64,000 bases of DNA from assembly GCA_031409275.1 (NCBI GenBank), contig JANNXA010000033.1, positions 138,704 through 202,703 of the forward strand, read 5' to 3'. The notes under the pieces are model-generated. The model was given only the letters and a program-made list of their open reading frames with translations. It was not told where the DNA came from and made no database searches. Shown here in pieces: positions 39,842-49,420 of this stretch; position 1 is the stretch's first letter, and each line of letters opens with the position of its first letter. Source of the stretch: Planctomycetota bacterium (GTDB lineage Bacteria; Planctomycetota; B15-G4; SIAN01). The position numbers and the translations under genes were made by a program.

Positions 39842-41266
39842 GTGGCCAAGAAGAGCATGACGACCGCGACCCGAAACTCTGGCGCGAAGAAGCCGAGCTC
39901 CAAGCCCGCGGCGAAGAAGACGATCGCCAAGAAGGTGGCCGCGAAGCGCTCGCCCGCCAAGAAGTCACGCGCCAAGCGGAACGCGGCGCCGCCGGTGAAG
40001 GCGCCGGTCGGCCGGCTCGCGACGATGGCGGCAGGCCTCAAAGGCTCCGAGATCCTGAAGATCGCGGCGGACATTCGCGCGCAGATGGCGGCGGGCGTCA
40101 CGATCTGCAACCTCACCGTCGGCGACTTCGACAGCAAGCAGTTCCCGATCCCCGACTTCCTGCGCGACGCCATCACCGCCGCGATCAAGAACGGCGAGAC
40201 GAACTACCCGCCCTCCGATGGCGTGATGCCGCTGCGCCAGTCGCTGCAGCGCTTCTACAAGTCGCAGCTCGACCTCGACTACCCGATCGAAGGGATCCTG
40301 GTCACCGGCGGCGCGCGACCCGCCATCTACGGCACCTATCGTTCGTTGGTCGATCCCGGCGACGTGGTCGTCTATCCGGTGCCGAGCTGGAACAACAACC
40401 ACTACTGCCATCAGCTCGGCGCGGTCGGCCGCGCGGTGGTCTGCTCGCCGGAGGACTCGTTCCTGCCGACGCGAGCGAAGCTGCAGGACGCGATCCGCGG
40501 CGCGCGACTCCTGTCGCTCAACTCGCCGCTCAATCCGACCGGCACGGCCTTCAGCGCCGACGTGCTCTCCGCGATCTGCGACATGGTCCTCGAAGAGAAC
40601 GCGCGCCGCGGCACCAGCCAGCGGCCGCTCTACGTGATGTACGACCAGGTCTATTGGATGCTGACGTTTGGCGGCGTGAAGCACGTGACGCCGGTCGGGC
40701 TGCGGCCGGAGATGCGCCCCTACACCATCTTCGTCGACGGCCTCAGCAAGCCCTTCTCCGCCACCGGGCTGCGCGTCGGCTGGTGCGTCGGTCCAAGCGA
40801 CGTCATCGCCTCGATGAGCAACATCCTCGGCCACGTCGGTGCGTGGGCGCCGCGCGCCGAGCAGATCGCCTCCGCGCAGCTGCTCGATCGCCCCGACGTG
40901 ATCCGCGACTTCCACGCCGTCAGCAAGAAGGCCGAGCAGGCGCGCCTCGATGCGCTGTTCAAGGGACTGACCGCGCTGAAGAGCGCCGGACTGCCGGTCG
41001 ACGCGCTGGCTCCCGCCGGCGCCATCTACCTCACCGCGCGCTTCGACCTCGCCGGCAAGCGGACGCAGGAGAACTTCGTCCTGCACACGAACGAGGAGAT
41101 CCGCCGCTACCTGCTGAACGCGGCCGGCTGCGCGATCGTGCCGTTCCAGGCGTTCGGTTCGAAGCAGGACGACGGCTGGTTCCGCATGAGCATCGGCGCC
41201 GTGTCGCTGGCCGACATCGAGGCGATGTTCCCGCGGGTCGACGCGGCGCTGCGCGCACTGCGCTGA
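39842..41266 (+). CDS. PLP-dependent class I/II (aspartate-type) aminotransferase with Lys-rich N-terminal extension
   Basis: NLTVGD, NSPLNPTG, YDQVY, DGLSKPFSATGLRVGW, WFRMS; GTG start with AGGAG RBS. Confidence 0.92.
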   Translation: MAKKSMTTATRNSGAKKPSSKPAAKKTIAKKVAAKRSPAKKSRAKRNAAPPVKAPVGRLATMAAGLKGSEILKIAADIRAQMAAGVTICNLTVGDFDSKQFPIPDFLRDAITAAIKNGETNYPPSDGVMPLRQSLQRFYKSQLDLDYPIEGILVTGGARPAIYGTYRSLVDPGDVVVYPVPSWNNNHYCHQLGAVGRAVVCSPEDSFLPTRAKLQDAIRGARLLSLNSPLNPTGTAFSADVLSAICDMVLEENARRGTSQRPLYVMYDQVYWMLTFGGVKHVTPVGLRPEMRPYTIFVDGLSKPFSATGLRVGWCVGPSDVIASMSNILGHVGAWAPRAEQIASAQLLDRPDVIRDFHAVSKKAEQARLDALFKGLTALKSAGLPVDALAPAGAIYLTARFDLAGKRTQENFVLHTNEEIRRYLLNAAGCAIVPFQAFGSKQDDGWFRMSIGAVSLADIEAMFPRVDAALRALR

Positions 41267-41271
41267 GCCGG

Positions 41272-42000
41272 CTAGAAGAGGCTCCACTGCCGCGGGCAGA
41301 TGGCGAGCAGCGCGACGATCTCGCCGCGCGGGCGCTGCGAGGCGTCGGCGACGTCGGCGCGCCAGGCGGCGACCGCATCGGCGAGCGGCGTCTGGAAGAG
41401 CGTCTGCGCCGTCGCTTCGAGCGAGGCCGTCACCGCGGTCGCGTCGCCGTCGAGCGGCAGCGGCTCGTAGTGGTGAGCCTCCAAGCGCTCGTCGCGGGTG
41501 CCGGTCAGCATCGTCAGCGCGACGGTCGCGAAGAGCTGCTGATGGGGTGCGCCGTCGAGCCACTCGCCAAGGAATGCCGGCAGAGAGTCGTGGCGCTCGC
41601 TCCAGCTCAAGGCGAAGTGGAGCGCACCGAAGGCGGGATCGAGCTGCCCTTGCTCCACCGCTTCGGCGACGTCGGTCGCGTCATCCCCTGACGCGCTCTC
41701 GATCAGCAACTGTTCCGCGCCGCGCCGCACGTCCTCGCCCGATGCCAGCGGCCACAGCCACGCCGCCTTCGCGACCGCCGCGCGCAATACGAGGCGGCGG
41801 CTGCCCAAGTGCCAGTCGAGCCACGGTTCGTACTTGGGCGCGCCGTAGCAGCCGATGAAGCCGTAACCCGCCTGCTTCGACGTGCCGTCATGGCGGACCG
41901 CGAGCTGCAGCGCAAGCCAGGCGCCGATCGTGACGAACAGCGCGCCGAAGTTGAGCGCGAGGAAGAGACGGGAAGTGCGCGTCGGCCTGGCGTCGCTCAC
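41272..42000 (-). CDS. Hypothetical membrane-anchored protein
   Basis: GTG start overlapping the arsM stop (GTGA); one N-terminal TM helix; the rest of the 1112-aa ORF is shadow of upstream genes. Confidence 0.6.
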   Translation of the reverse strand: MSDARPTRTSRLFLALNFGALFVTIGAWLALQLAVRHDGTSKQAGYGFIGCYGAPKYEPWLDWHLGSRRLVLRAAVAKAAWLWPLASGEDVRRGAEQLLIESASGDDATDVAEAVEQGQLDPAFGALHFALSWSERHDSLPAFLGEWLDGAPHQQLFATVALTMLTGTRDERLEAHHYEPLPLDGDATAVTASLEATAQTLFQTPLADAVAAWRADVADASQRPRGEIVALLAICPRQWSLF

Positions 42001-42947
42001 TGCGCCGCCGCCGGCTTCTTCGCGGCGACCAGCAGGCTCGTCACGTAGTCCTTCGCGGTGCGGCCGGCCGGCAGCTGTCGCGTGATCTCGGCGTAGAGCG
42101 GGTCGCCCATCGATTCGAGCGTCGCGAGGTAGTCGCCTTTGCGAGTGAGCTGCACGTCGGCGAGGCCCGCCGCCTTCGCCCACGCGCGCGACTCCTCGAC
42201 CAGCGCTGCGCCGGAGACGCAGCCGACCAACGCATCGACCATCGCGAGGACGGCGGGCGGCAGCGGTTGCTCGAGCGCGAGGTCGGAGACGGCGACGCGG
42301 CCGCCGGGCTTGAGCACGCGCGCGATCTCTCGCCACACCTGCGGCTTGTCGGGCGAGAGGTTCAACACGCAGTTGCTGATGACCACGTCGACGCTGCCAT
42401 CGGCCACCGGCAGATGTTCGATCTCGCCGAGGCGGAACTCGACGTTCGAGAGTCCCGTCTTCTGCTGCCAACCGGCCAGGTTGCCACGCGCTCGCTTCAC
42501 CATCTCCGGCGTCATGTCGACGCCGATGGCGCGACCGCTCGGGCCGACCTTCTTGCTCACCAGGAAAAGATCGAAGCCGGCGCCGGCGCCAAGGTCGAGG
42601 ACGACGTCGCCCTCCTTCAGCGCCGCGATCGCCTGCGGATTGCCGCACGAGAGGCCGAGGTTGGTCCCTTCTGGCAGCGCGGCGAGCTCTTCCGTCGAGT
42701 AGCCGAGCGCCTGCGCCAGCGCGCCCGCGTCGGCGGGGACCGAGCAGCAGCCGCCCTGGCCGCTGCCGGCACTGGTCGGGCCGCAGCAGCCGCTGGCGGT
42801 GTCGGCGGCGGGCGCGGCACCCATGCTCGGCAGCGTGCCCTGGAAGAGCGGCAGCGCGCTGGTGCCACGCGCAATCTTGGCGTAGCCCTCGCGCACGGTG
42901 TCGCGCACGGCGTCCGGCGTCGGGTTCGGTGGCGGGGTGGAAGACAT
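41997..42947 (-). CDS. arsM: Arsenite S-adenosylmethionine methyltransferase
   Basis: VREGYAKIA, two CC pairs, NLGLSCGNP, VLDLGAGAGFD, ISNCVLNLSPDK, VGCVSGA. Confidence 0.92.
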   Translation of the reverse strand: MSSTPPPNPTPDAVRDTVREGYAKIARGTSALPLFQGTLPSMGAAPAADTASGCCGPTSAGSGQGGCCSVPADAGALAQALGYSTEELAALPEGTNLGLSCGNPQAIAALKEGDVVLDLGAGAGFDLFLVSKKVGPSGRAIGVDMTPEMVKRARGNLAGWQQKTGLSNVEFRLGEIEHLPVADGSVDVVISNCVLNLSPDKPQVWREIARVLKPGGRVAVSDLALEQPLPPAVLAMVDALVGCVSGAALVEESRAWAKAAGLADVQLTRKGDYLATLESMGDPLYAEITRQLPAGRTAKDYVTSLLVAAKKPAAAQ

Positions 42948-43028
42948 CGGAGACTCCAGGGAGCGGGGTGGCGCGAGGGGCTCGCGGCTCGAGTGCAAGT
43001 TGCGAGCCGACCGGCTGCGGCGAGTCGG

Positions 43029-44672
43029 CTACTGCTGCACGAAGCGGCCGCCGTTCTCGCTCGCGATCTGCTGGAGGAACGTCGTGTTGAGCGCCTTGCC
43101 GATGCCGATCGTGTGGATCACCACGTGTTTCGTCGGGTTCCAGCGTCGCACCGATTCGAGGATGCGCTCGGTCGAGTCGGGCGTGTTGTCGGGCTTGGTC
43201 GGCGAGCCGTCGGTCAGCAGGAAGATCGTGTCGACGACGCTCTTGTAGTACTTGTCCTGCGCGCCGCGGCCCGCCAACGCGAACGCCTGCTCGAGCGCGT
43301 CGTGGATGTTGGTGGTCTGCAGCGGCTGGAGCGCGCGCACCCAATCCTGCGCCTTGCGGATCTCGGCCGGCGTCGCGACCAGCATCCCCTTCGAGTAGGG
43401 GACGACCACGTCGTTGAAGCAGACGATCGAGAACTTGTCGCCCTTGGTCAGCTTCCCGAGCACCTCGATCAGCGCCTCCTTGGTCGCCTCCATGCGACTG
43501 TCGGCGCCGGCGTCGACGGGAGGGCCGGTGTCCTTCGGCGGGTTCTTGATCGAGACCTGCATCGAGCCGGAGCAGTCGATGACGTAGACGATCGACTTGC
43601 CTTCCTGCGGAATGCCGTAGTAGTAGACGCCCTTCTTCGGATCGGCCGGTGCCGTCAGCGCGTCCGCGAGCTTCGAGCGCCCCTTCGACAGCGGCTGCTT
43701 GCCGGCGACGAACTCCGCGCCCTCCTTCGCCAACCAGTTGCGCCACGCGTTCGAGGAATCGCCGAGCTGCTGGCCGGTGAGGATCTCGAGCGCGATGCCC
43801 ATTCGCCGTTGCGTGCGCCCCTCCTCGACCGCGAGCCGTTCGATCAACGGCTCGATCGCTTCGGGCGCGGCGAGGTGGGCCAGCGCCCATGCCGCCTGCT
43901 CGCGCACCGCCGCATCCTCGTGCTGCAGCGCCTTCAACACCGTGGGCGCGCATGGCTGCGCGGCCCGCTCGCATCCGGCCAACCCCTCGAGCACCACCGC
44001 CAGCTCTTCGGCCTGCGTCGCCCTCGCCAGGGCCTTCATCAACGCGGCGGCGAACGGCTCGCCGCGCTGGCCGGCGGCGCGCGCGACGAAGAGCTTGAGC
44101 GACAGCGGCAGCTTCTTCTGGCCGATGACGTGGTCGACCAGCCAGCCGATCGCGGAGTCGCTTTCGAGCCGCTCCGCGCGCGCGAGCAGCTTGCTTTGCA
44201 GGGCGTACAGCGCGTCGATGGTGTTGCCGAGCGCCTTGGTCTCGGCGCACAAGGCGTCGTGCGCAGACTTCATCTTCGGGTCGAAGGTCCGCTTGCCGAA
44301 CTCCTGGCCCTGCAGCAACGTCGCGATCTGCAGGTCGACCTCGCCTTTGCGAAGCTGCGCGGCGAGCAATTCGTCGGCGAGGTCGGAGTAGCGCTCCACC
44401 AGCGCTTCTGCGACTTGAGGTCCGTCGCCATCGCCGAGCAGCGCGATCGCCTCGGCGCGCGTTTCGGCGTCCTTCTGCCGCTTGGCGGTGCTCTTGAACG
44501 CCTTCGTGAAGGCGGCCAGCTGCTCGCTGGTGGCGTCCTCGCCGGGCTGGGAGGCGGGCCGCGCCGCTGCTCCGAGCACGAACGGCAGGATCGCGAGCCA
44601 GAGCAGCCACGCTCGCAGCGCGAGTCGAGGTCGCGCGAACGGGCAGCGAACGGACGGGCGGGTGCGGTGCAA
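43029..44672 (-). CDS. Secreted HEAT-repeat + von Willebrand A domain protein
   Basis: Signal peptide, HEAT repeats, YYGIP..IVYVIDCSGSM MIDAS, TNIHDAL, FLLTDG, IASENGGRF; TTG start with GGAG RBS chosen, start uncertain. Confidence 0.85.
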   Translation of the reverse strand: MHRTRPSVRCPFARPRLALRAWLLWLAILPFVLGAAARPASQPGEDATSEQLAAFTKAFKSTAKRQKDAETRAEAIALLGDGDGPQVAEALVERYSDLADELLAAQLRKGEVDLQIATLLQGQEFGKRTFDPKMKSAHDALCAETKALGNTIDALYALQSKLLARAERLESDSAIGWLVDHVIGQKKLPLSLKLFVARAAGQRGEPFAAALMKALARATQAEELAVVLEGLAGCERAAQPCAPTVLKALQHEDAAVREQAAWALAHLAAPEAIEPLIERLAVEEGRTQRRMGIALEILTGQQLGDSSNAWRNWLAKEGAEFVAGKQPLSKGRSKLADALTAPADPKKGVYYYGIPQEGKSIVYVIDCSGSMQVSIKNPPKDTGPPVDAGADSRMEATKEALIEVLGKLTKGDKFSIVCFNDVVVPYSKGMLVATPAEIRKAQDWVRALQPLQTTNIHDALEQAFALAGRGAQDKYYKSVVDTIFLLTDGSPTKPDNTPDSTERILESVRRWNPTKHVVIHTIGIGKALNTTFLQQIASENGGRFVQQ

Positions 44673-44826
44673 GAGCGGCTCCAGGGTCGGCGAAGGGAAT
44701 AAAGCGCCGGTGGCACGTGGAGTCACGTTGGAGTAATGGGTCGCGCCCTTCCAGGAGCGGTGATAGGCTCCCCGGCCGCGCGAAACGCCCTCCGACCGCT
44801 TCCTACGTTTCGAACGGAGCTCGCGA

Positions 44827-46548
44827 ATGTTGCTTCGCCATGCCTTGCTGGTCGCGTGCGTCGTGACGGGTGCGTGGTCTTCGAGCAGCGGCGGATCGAC
44901 CGCGCTCGGCCAGGGTGTGCCACCGGCGCCGCCGGGCGGCGGTCCCGGCACCGGCAGCTTGCAGTTCCTGCTCGCAGCCCCGACGACTCGCATCTGCGAC
45001 CCCAAGCTCGAGAACGGCGGCGCGCAGGTGCAGTACTCGCTGTTGCCGAGCGCCAATCTCTACACCGTTCGCGTCACCGTGAAGGATGGCAACGGCCTGA
45101 CCGTGGCCACCCTCTTCTCCGGCAAGCGACCCGGCAGCGCGACGCAGGTTCATCGCCACTTCTGGGATGGCACAACGACGGCGGGCAGCTTCGCCAATCC
45201 CGGTGGCTACACCGTGCAGGTCGAGGCCACCGACTACCGCGGCCAGCGTCGCGTGCTCGACTACGACCTCGACCTGGTGCGCCTTGGTTTCACGACCATC
45301 ACGGCCGAGGCGACGGTTCCCAACAACGAATGGCAGACCGTCTACTTCCGCAAGAACGGCAGCTACACCTTCTATGCGACCCCGGCGACGGGCGAGTGGC
45401 TCAGCCGCGCCGAGACCGGCGATCTCTCCAACCTCGATCGCAATGACGGCACGCCGCGCCCGGCTCCGGCGATCCACACGACGACGGACGAACCGGCGCT
45501 CGAGTTCGCTTCGGGCGGCGGTGCGATCTACGAGAACGACTGGCACAACTATCCGCTGTGCTATCGCGCCGGTGCGGTGCCGCAATTCACCGTGAAGTTC
45601 GGCTCCAACTGCGTGCGCAACGACGGGACCGTGGGAGCCTGCAAGTTCCCGGTCGCCGGCTACGACCTGCGCATCGTCGGCGTCGACGGCCAGGGCGCCT
45701 GGACCACGACGGCGACGACCATCGCTCCCAACGGCACCGCGACGCTGATCGGCGGCGCCGTTTCGTCGAACGCGACGCGCGTCGATCGCACGATCGCCTG
45801 GAGCTATGAGTACCGCCCGACCGGTGCAACGACGTGGACCGAGGTGCCGGGCCGATTCGTGACCCAGCACCGCATCTACACGATCCTCGACCAGCCCTAC
45901 TGGGCCACCGGCGGCACCGGCACCCAGTACAGCGGTCCGTGGGTCGAGGTGCTCGACTACCTGCACACGTGGCAGCGCGAGTTCAACCTCACGATGGACA
46001 GCAACGACAAGGTGACGGAGGCGCTGATCAAGGGTTACTTCGGGCAGCAGGGCAGCCTGCTCACGGCGATCGAGGATGTGCACTACGACTGCCCGAGTGA
46101 GGGCGGGGATGGCGGTGCGACGCATTACGGCGGCACCGGCACGGTCCACCTCTCGAAGCTGCTGAACAGCCACGATCTCGGTCAGTTCGTCAATTGCACT
46201 GACTGCGCCACGACGACGTCGGTGATGTTGTCGATGCTCGGCGTGCCGAACATGAAGCTGTTCCACCTCGGCTCGATGACGCTGCGCGCGATCTGGGGCA
46301 TCGGCTGCGATGACTACACGCTCGATGTGTGGGGAGGCAGCCACGGCTTCAGCTACCACCACATCATCACGGACGACGCCGGCCTGACCGTCTCCGACGC
46401 CTGCTTGTGCGTCGACGAAGATGGCACGCCGGACAAGCTGCCGGGAACCCCCGGTTACAACGTGCTGCGCGACTGGTCGAACTACGAGGCGCTGTTGGCG
46501 AAGGGGACCATCTCGACGTACACCGAGAAGCTCCCCAAGGTCGACTGA
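44827..46548 (+). CDS. Secreted protein: FlgD-like Ig domain + putative transglutaminase/papain-like Cys-His-Asp domain
   Basis: Signal peptide; VTVKDGNGLTVATL..FWDG..PGGYTV FlgD-like; VNCTDCA, FSYHHI, VSDACL. Confidence 0.65.
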   Translation: MLLRHALLVACVVTGAWSSSSGGSTALGQGVPPAPPGGGPGTGSLQFLLAAPTTRICDPKLENGGAQVQYSLLPSANLYTVRVTVKDGNGLTVATLFSGKRPGSATQVHRHFWDGTTTAGSFANPGGYTVQVEATDYRGQRRVLDYDLDLVRLGFTTITAEATVPNNEWQTVYFRKNGSYTFYATPATGEWLSRAETGDLSNLDRNDGTPRPAPAIHTTTDEPALEFASGGGAIYENDWHNYPLCYRAGAVPQFTVKFGSNCVRNDGTVGACKFPVAGYDLRIVGVDGQGAWTTTATTIAPNGTATLIGGAVSSNATRVDRTIAWSYEYRPTGATTWTEVPGRFVTQHRIYTILDQPYWATGGTGTQYSGPWVEVLDYLHTWQREFNLTMDSNDKVTEALIKGYFGQQGSLLTAIEDVHYDCPSEGGDGGATHYGGTGTVHLSKLLNSHDLGQFVNCTDCATTTSVMLSMLGVPNMKLFHLGSMTLRAIWGIGCDDYTLDVWGGSHGFSYHHIITDDAGLTVSDACLCVDEDGTPDKLPGTPGYNVLRDWSNYEALLAKGTISTYTEKLPKVD

Positions 46549-46570
46549 GCGAACGAAAGAGGAGACCCCG

Positions 46571-47464
46571 ATGGATCGCAGCAAGCTCTTCGGTTCGCTC
46601 GGACGCGTGTTCGCCCTCGCCGCGCTCTTCGCCGGCTTGGGCGCCAGCGTGCTCCACGCGCAGTCCGCGCCGACGCCGTCCGACCCGACGATCGAGGCGG
46701 CGCGCGTGCGCTACCTCGCCGCCGAGTGGCCGAGCGGCGAACGGCGCCCCGGCTTCGCGCTCGAAGACCTCACGTTCGCCGGACTCGTCGGCGCCAAGGT
46801 CGAGTACGACGCCAGTGGCGTGTCGCGCAAGTTCAGCGACTCGGCGGGCGTCGCGCGCGTGCTGGTCGAGTTGGCGGTCGCCGATGAAGTCGCGACCGCC
46901 CACGCGACCCTGCTGCGACACCTCGGTTTCGTGCAGTCCACCAAGCTGCTGCCGACCGCGGCGTCGCGAGGCATCCGCGCCGGCGACCTCGGCTACATCG
47001 GCTACGGCGGCCGCGACGGCAGCAAGATCAGCTGGCTCGCCTTCGTGGTTGGCAACCTCGAGTTCCGCGTGGTCGATCTCGATCCCGACGCGGTCGGCGC
47101 GGTCGATGTGCGGCCGATCGTCGAGTCCATCGCGGCGCGCGCGCTGGCGCTGCCAGCGCTTCCCGCCGGCGCGCCGCTGCCCCGTCCGACCATCGAGCGC
47201 TTCAGCGCCGAGCTGCAGAACGTCACGGCCGGCGAGTCGCTCGCGCTCGAGGTCGATGCCCGCGAGCCGAGCGGAGCAGCGGCCGCGGTCGACTTCGTCG
47301 TGGGCGGCTGGCAGCAAGGCCAGGGCTACGTCGAGCGCGATGAGGCGGGCCGTTGGCGCTTCCACGCGACGGGCGCCGGCAAGGTCGAGATCACGCTGAA
47401 GGCGCTCGGGCGCAACGGCACCACCTCGACTCGCACCCTCACGCTCGAGATCGCCAAGAGCTGA
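46571..47464 (+). CDS. Secreted hypothetical protein with C-terminal Ig-like domain
   Basis: GAGGAG RBS, signal peptide ending VLHAQ, 22 bp after the previous gene. Confidence 0.75.
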   Translation: MDRSKLFGSLGRVFALAALFAGLGASVLHAQSAPTPSDPTIEAARVRYLAAEWPSGERRPGFALEDLTFAGLVGAKVEYDASGVSRKFSDSAGVARVLVELAVADEVATAHATLLRHLGFVQSTKLLPTAASRGIRAGDLGYIGYGGRDGSKISWLAFVVGNLEFRVVDLDPDAVGAVDVRPIVESIAARALALPALPAGAPLPRPTIERFSAELQNVTAGESLALEVDAREPSGAAAAVDFVVGGWQQGQGYVERDEAGRWRFHATGAGKVEITLKALGRNGTTSTRTLTLEIAKS

Positions 47465-47478
47465 GGTCGCCGCTTCGC

Positions 47479-47494
47479 TTGACGACTCCTTGAC
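47479..47494 (+). promoter_or_regulatory. Tandem TTGAC boxes (11-bp period) upstream of the kinase
   Basis: TTGAC at 47479 and 47490. Confidence 0.45.
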
Positions 47495-47527
47495 CATCGC
47501 GCATGCGCCGCCGCTACGGTGCGGCGC

Positions 47528-49420
47528 ATGACCGGTACCAGCCGCCGCCTCGCGCGCCTCGTCGTCCTACTGCTTGCCGCGACCGCCGGGCTGCTGGCGG
47601 CCGGCGGCTATGGCTTGTGGCGCAGCGCGCGCGACAGCGAGGCGCTCGCTCGCGGTGCCGCTGAGCGGGCGGTCTTCAGCGCCGCGCGCGCGCTGCAGCT
47701 CCACTTCGCCGATCCCGAGGCGCTGCCGACCGACCCGCTCGATCCCGCACGATTCGAGCTCGTCGATGGCGTGCTGCGGTGGCCGGAGTCGACGCAGCCG
47801 TGGCCGCTCGACTCGCTCGATCCCGACCTCGACCTCGCCGCTCTCCTGCTGGCGCCGCTCGATGAAGCGGATGCGGCGGTGGCGCAGGGCGACGCTGCCG
47901 CGGCGACGGCGGCGTTGGATCGCGCGATCGAGCTCGCGCGACAGCAGCCGGCACGGCAGCTCGCCTACGTGCTCAATTCCGCCGCTTGGACGGCGGCGCG
48001 CGCGGGCGACGGCACGCGCCGCGACGCGCTCCTGAACGAACTGCTGGCGCTGCTGCCACCTCACCCGATCGAGGGGCCGCCGCCCTACGCCTCCGTCTTC
48101 GCCGGCGCGCTGCTCCTCGCGCTTGCGCACGCTCCCGACGCGCCGCTCCTCGCGGCGCCCGACGCGGCGCTCGCCTCGCTGCAACCGTCGGTGCGGGTCG
48201 CCCTGCTGGCGCGCGCGGTCGAGACGACGTCGCCGCATGCGCCGTTCGCGGTCGCTGCGGCGCGTGTCGAGCAACGCGAACAACTCTCCACGCGGATCAC
48301 CTCGCAGCTCGCGCGCCTATCCGAGCGGCGCGCCCCGCTCGTCGAGCCGTGCGCGGAGGGTTGGCTGCTCTACCAGCCCGATCCAGCTCGCGCCGGCCGC
48401 GGCCGCGGCGCATGGCGCTCGCTCGCGGAACTGCTGCCGTCCGCTCGCGCGAATGCGAACGGCTTCGATCTCGACGACGCGACGCTGGCGCCCGGCGGCG
48501 CGGTGCGGCTGGTCGTCGGCGAGCCGCTGCCGGCTGCCGCGATGCCGATCGCCTCGGGACTCGGCCTCTTGCCGCGGCCGTTGCCGGCGCCCGGCTTCTT
48601 CGCATCGACCGGCGCGCTCGCAACGACGCTCGTCGTGCTCGGCGGGGCGCTCGTCGCGGCGTTGTGGCTGGTGCTTCGCACCGTGCAGCGCGAGTCGGCG
48701 ACGATCACGGCGCGCGGCCGTTTCCTCACTTCGGTGACGCACGAACTCAAGACGCCGCTGGCCTCGATCCGCCTGCTCTCCGAGCTGCTGGTCGAGGGGC
48801 GAGCGACGATCGAGAAGCAGGACGAGTACCACCGCTTGCTCGCCGGCGAAGCGGAGCGCCTCTCCGCCCTGATCGAGAACGTGCTCGACGTCGCGTCGCT
48901 GGAGCGCAGCGAGCGGGCGTTGGCGATCGCGCCGCAACGGGTCGACCTGCTGCTGCGCGACGTCGTGCAGCGGGTGTCGCCGTTGCTCGAACGCGACGGG
49001 CTCACCGTCACGCTCGAACTGCCCGAAGAACCGCTCGAACTGGCGGTCGACCGCGGCGCGCTGTCGCAGATCGTCATCAACCTGCTCGACAACGCGCGCA
49101 AGTACGCGACGGCGGGCGGCTCGGTCGTCGTCACGCTCGCTCCGCCGCCGCCGGCGTCGCTCCACGGCCGCGTGGCCGTGAGGGTGCGCGACCGCGGGCC
49201 GGGAATCGCGCCGGCCGATCGGGAGTCCCTCTTCGAGCCGTTCGTGCGCGGCGCGGCGCAAGGCGATGGCGCGACCCCGGGATTGGGGCTCGGGCTCCAC
49301 CTTGCGCGCACGCTGGCACGTCGCCACGGTGGCGAGCTCGCGTGCATGGCGCCGCCCGACGGCGGGCCGGGCGCCTGCTTCGAGTTGACGTTGCCGGTCG
49401 ACCGCGGAGGAGGCGCGTGA
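47528..49420 (+). CDS. Membrane sensor histidine kinase
   Basis: Two TMs around a large periplasmic domain; VTHELKTPLASI H-box, NLLDNARKY, DRGPGI, GLGLGL. Confidence 0.95.
   Translation: MTGTSRRLARLVVLLLAATAGLLAAGGYGLWRSARDSEALARGAAERAVFSAARALQLHFADPEALPTDPLDPARFELVDGVLRWPESTQPWPLDSLDPDLDLAALLLAPLDEADAAVAQGDAAAATAALDRAIELARQQPARQLAYVLNSAAWTAARAGDGTRRDALLNELLALLPPHPIEGPPPYASVFAGALLLALAHAPDAPLLAAPDAALASLQPSVRVALLARAVETTSPHAPFAVAAARVEQREQLSTRITSQLARLSERRAPLVEPCAEGWLLYQPDPARAGRGRGAWRSLAELLPSARANANGFDLDDATLAPGGAVRLVVGEPLPAAAMPIASGLGLLPRPLPAPGFFASTGALATTLVVLGGALVAALWLVLRTVQRESATITARGRFLTSVTHELKTPLASIRLLSELLVEGRATIEKQDEYHRLLAGEAERLSALIENVLDVASLERSERALAIAPQRVDLLLRDVVQRVSPLLERDGLTVTLELPEEPLELAVDRGALSQIVINLLDNARKYATAGGSVVVTLAPPPPASLHGRVAVRVRDRGPGIAPADRESLFEPFVRGAAQGDGATPGLGLGLHLARTLARRHGGELACMAPPDGGPGACFELTLPVDRGGGA

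Noticed and set aside
42001..44610. N-terminal 870 aa of the 41272-44610 ORF
   Set aside because: Off-frame overlap with arsM and the VWA gene; only 41272-42000 looks coding.
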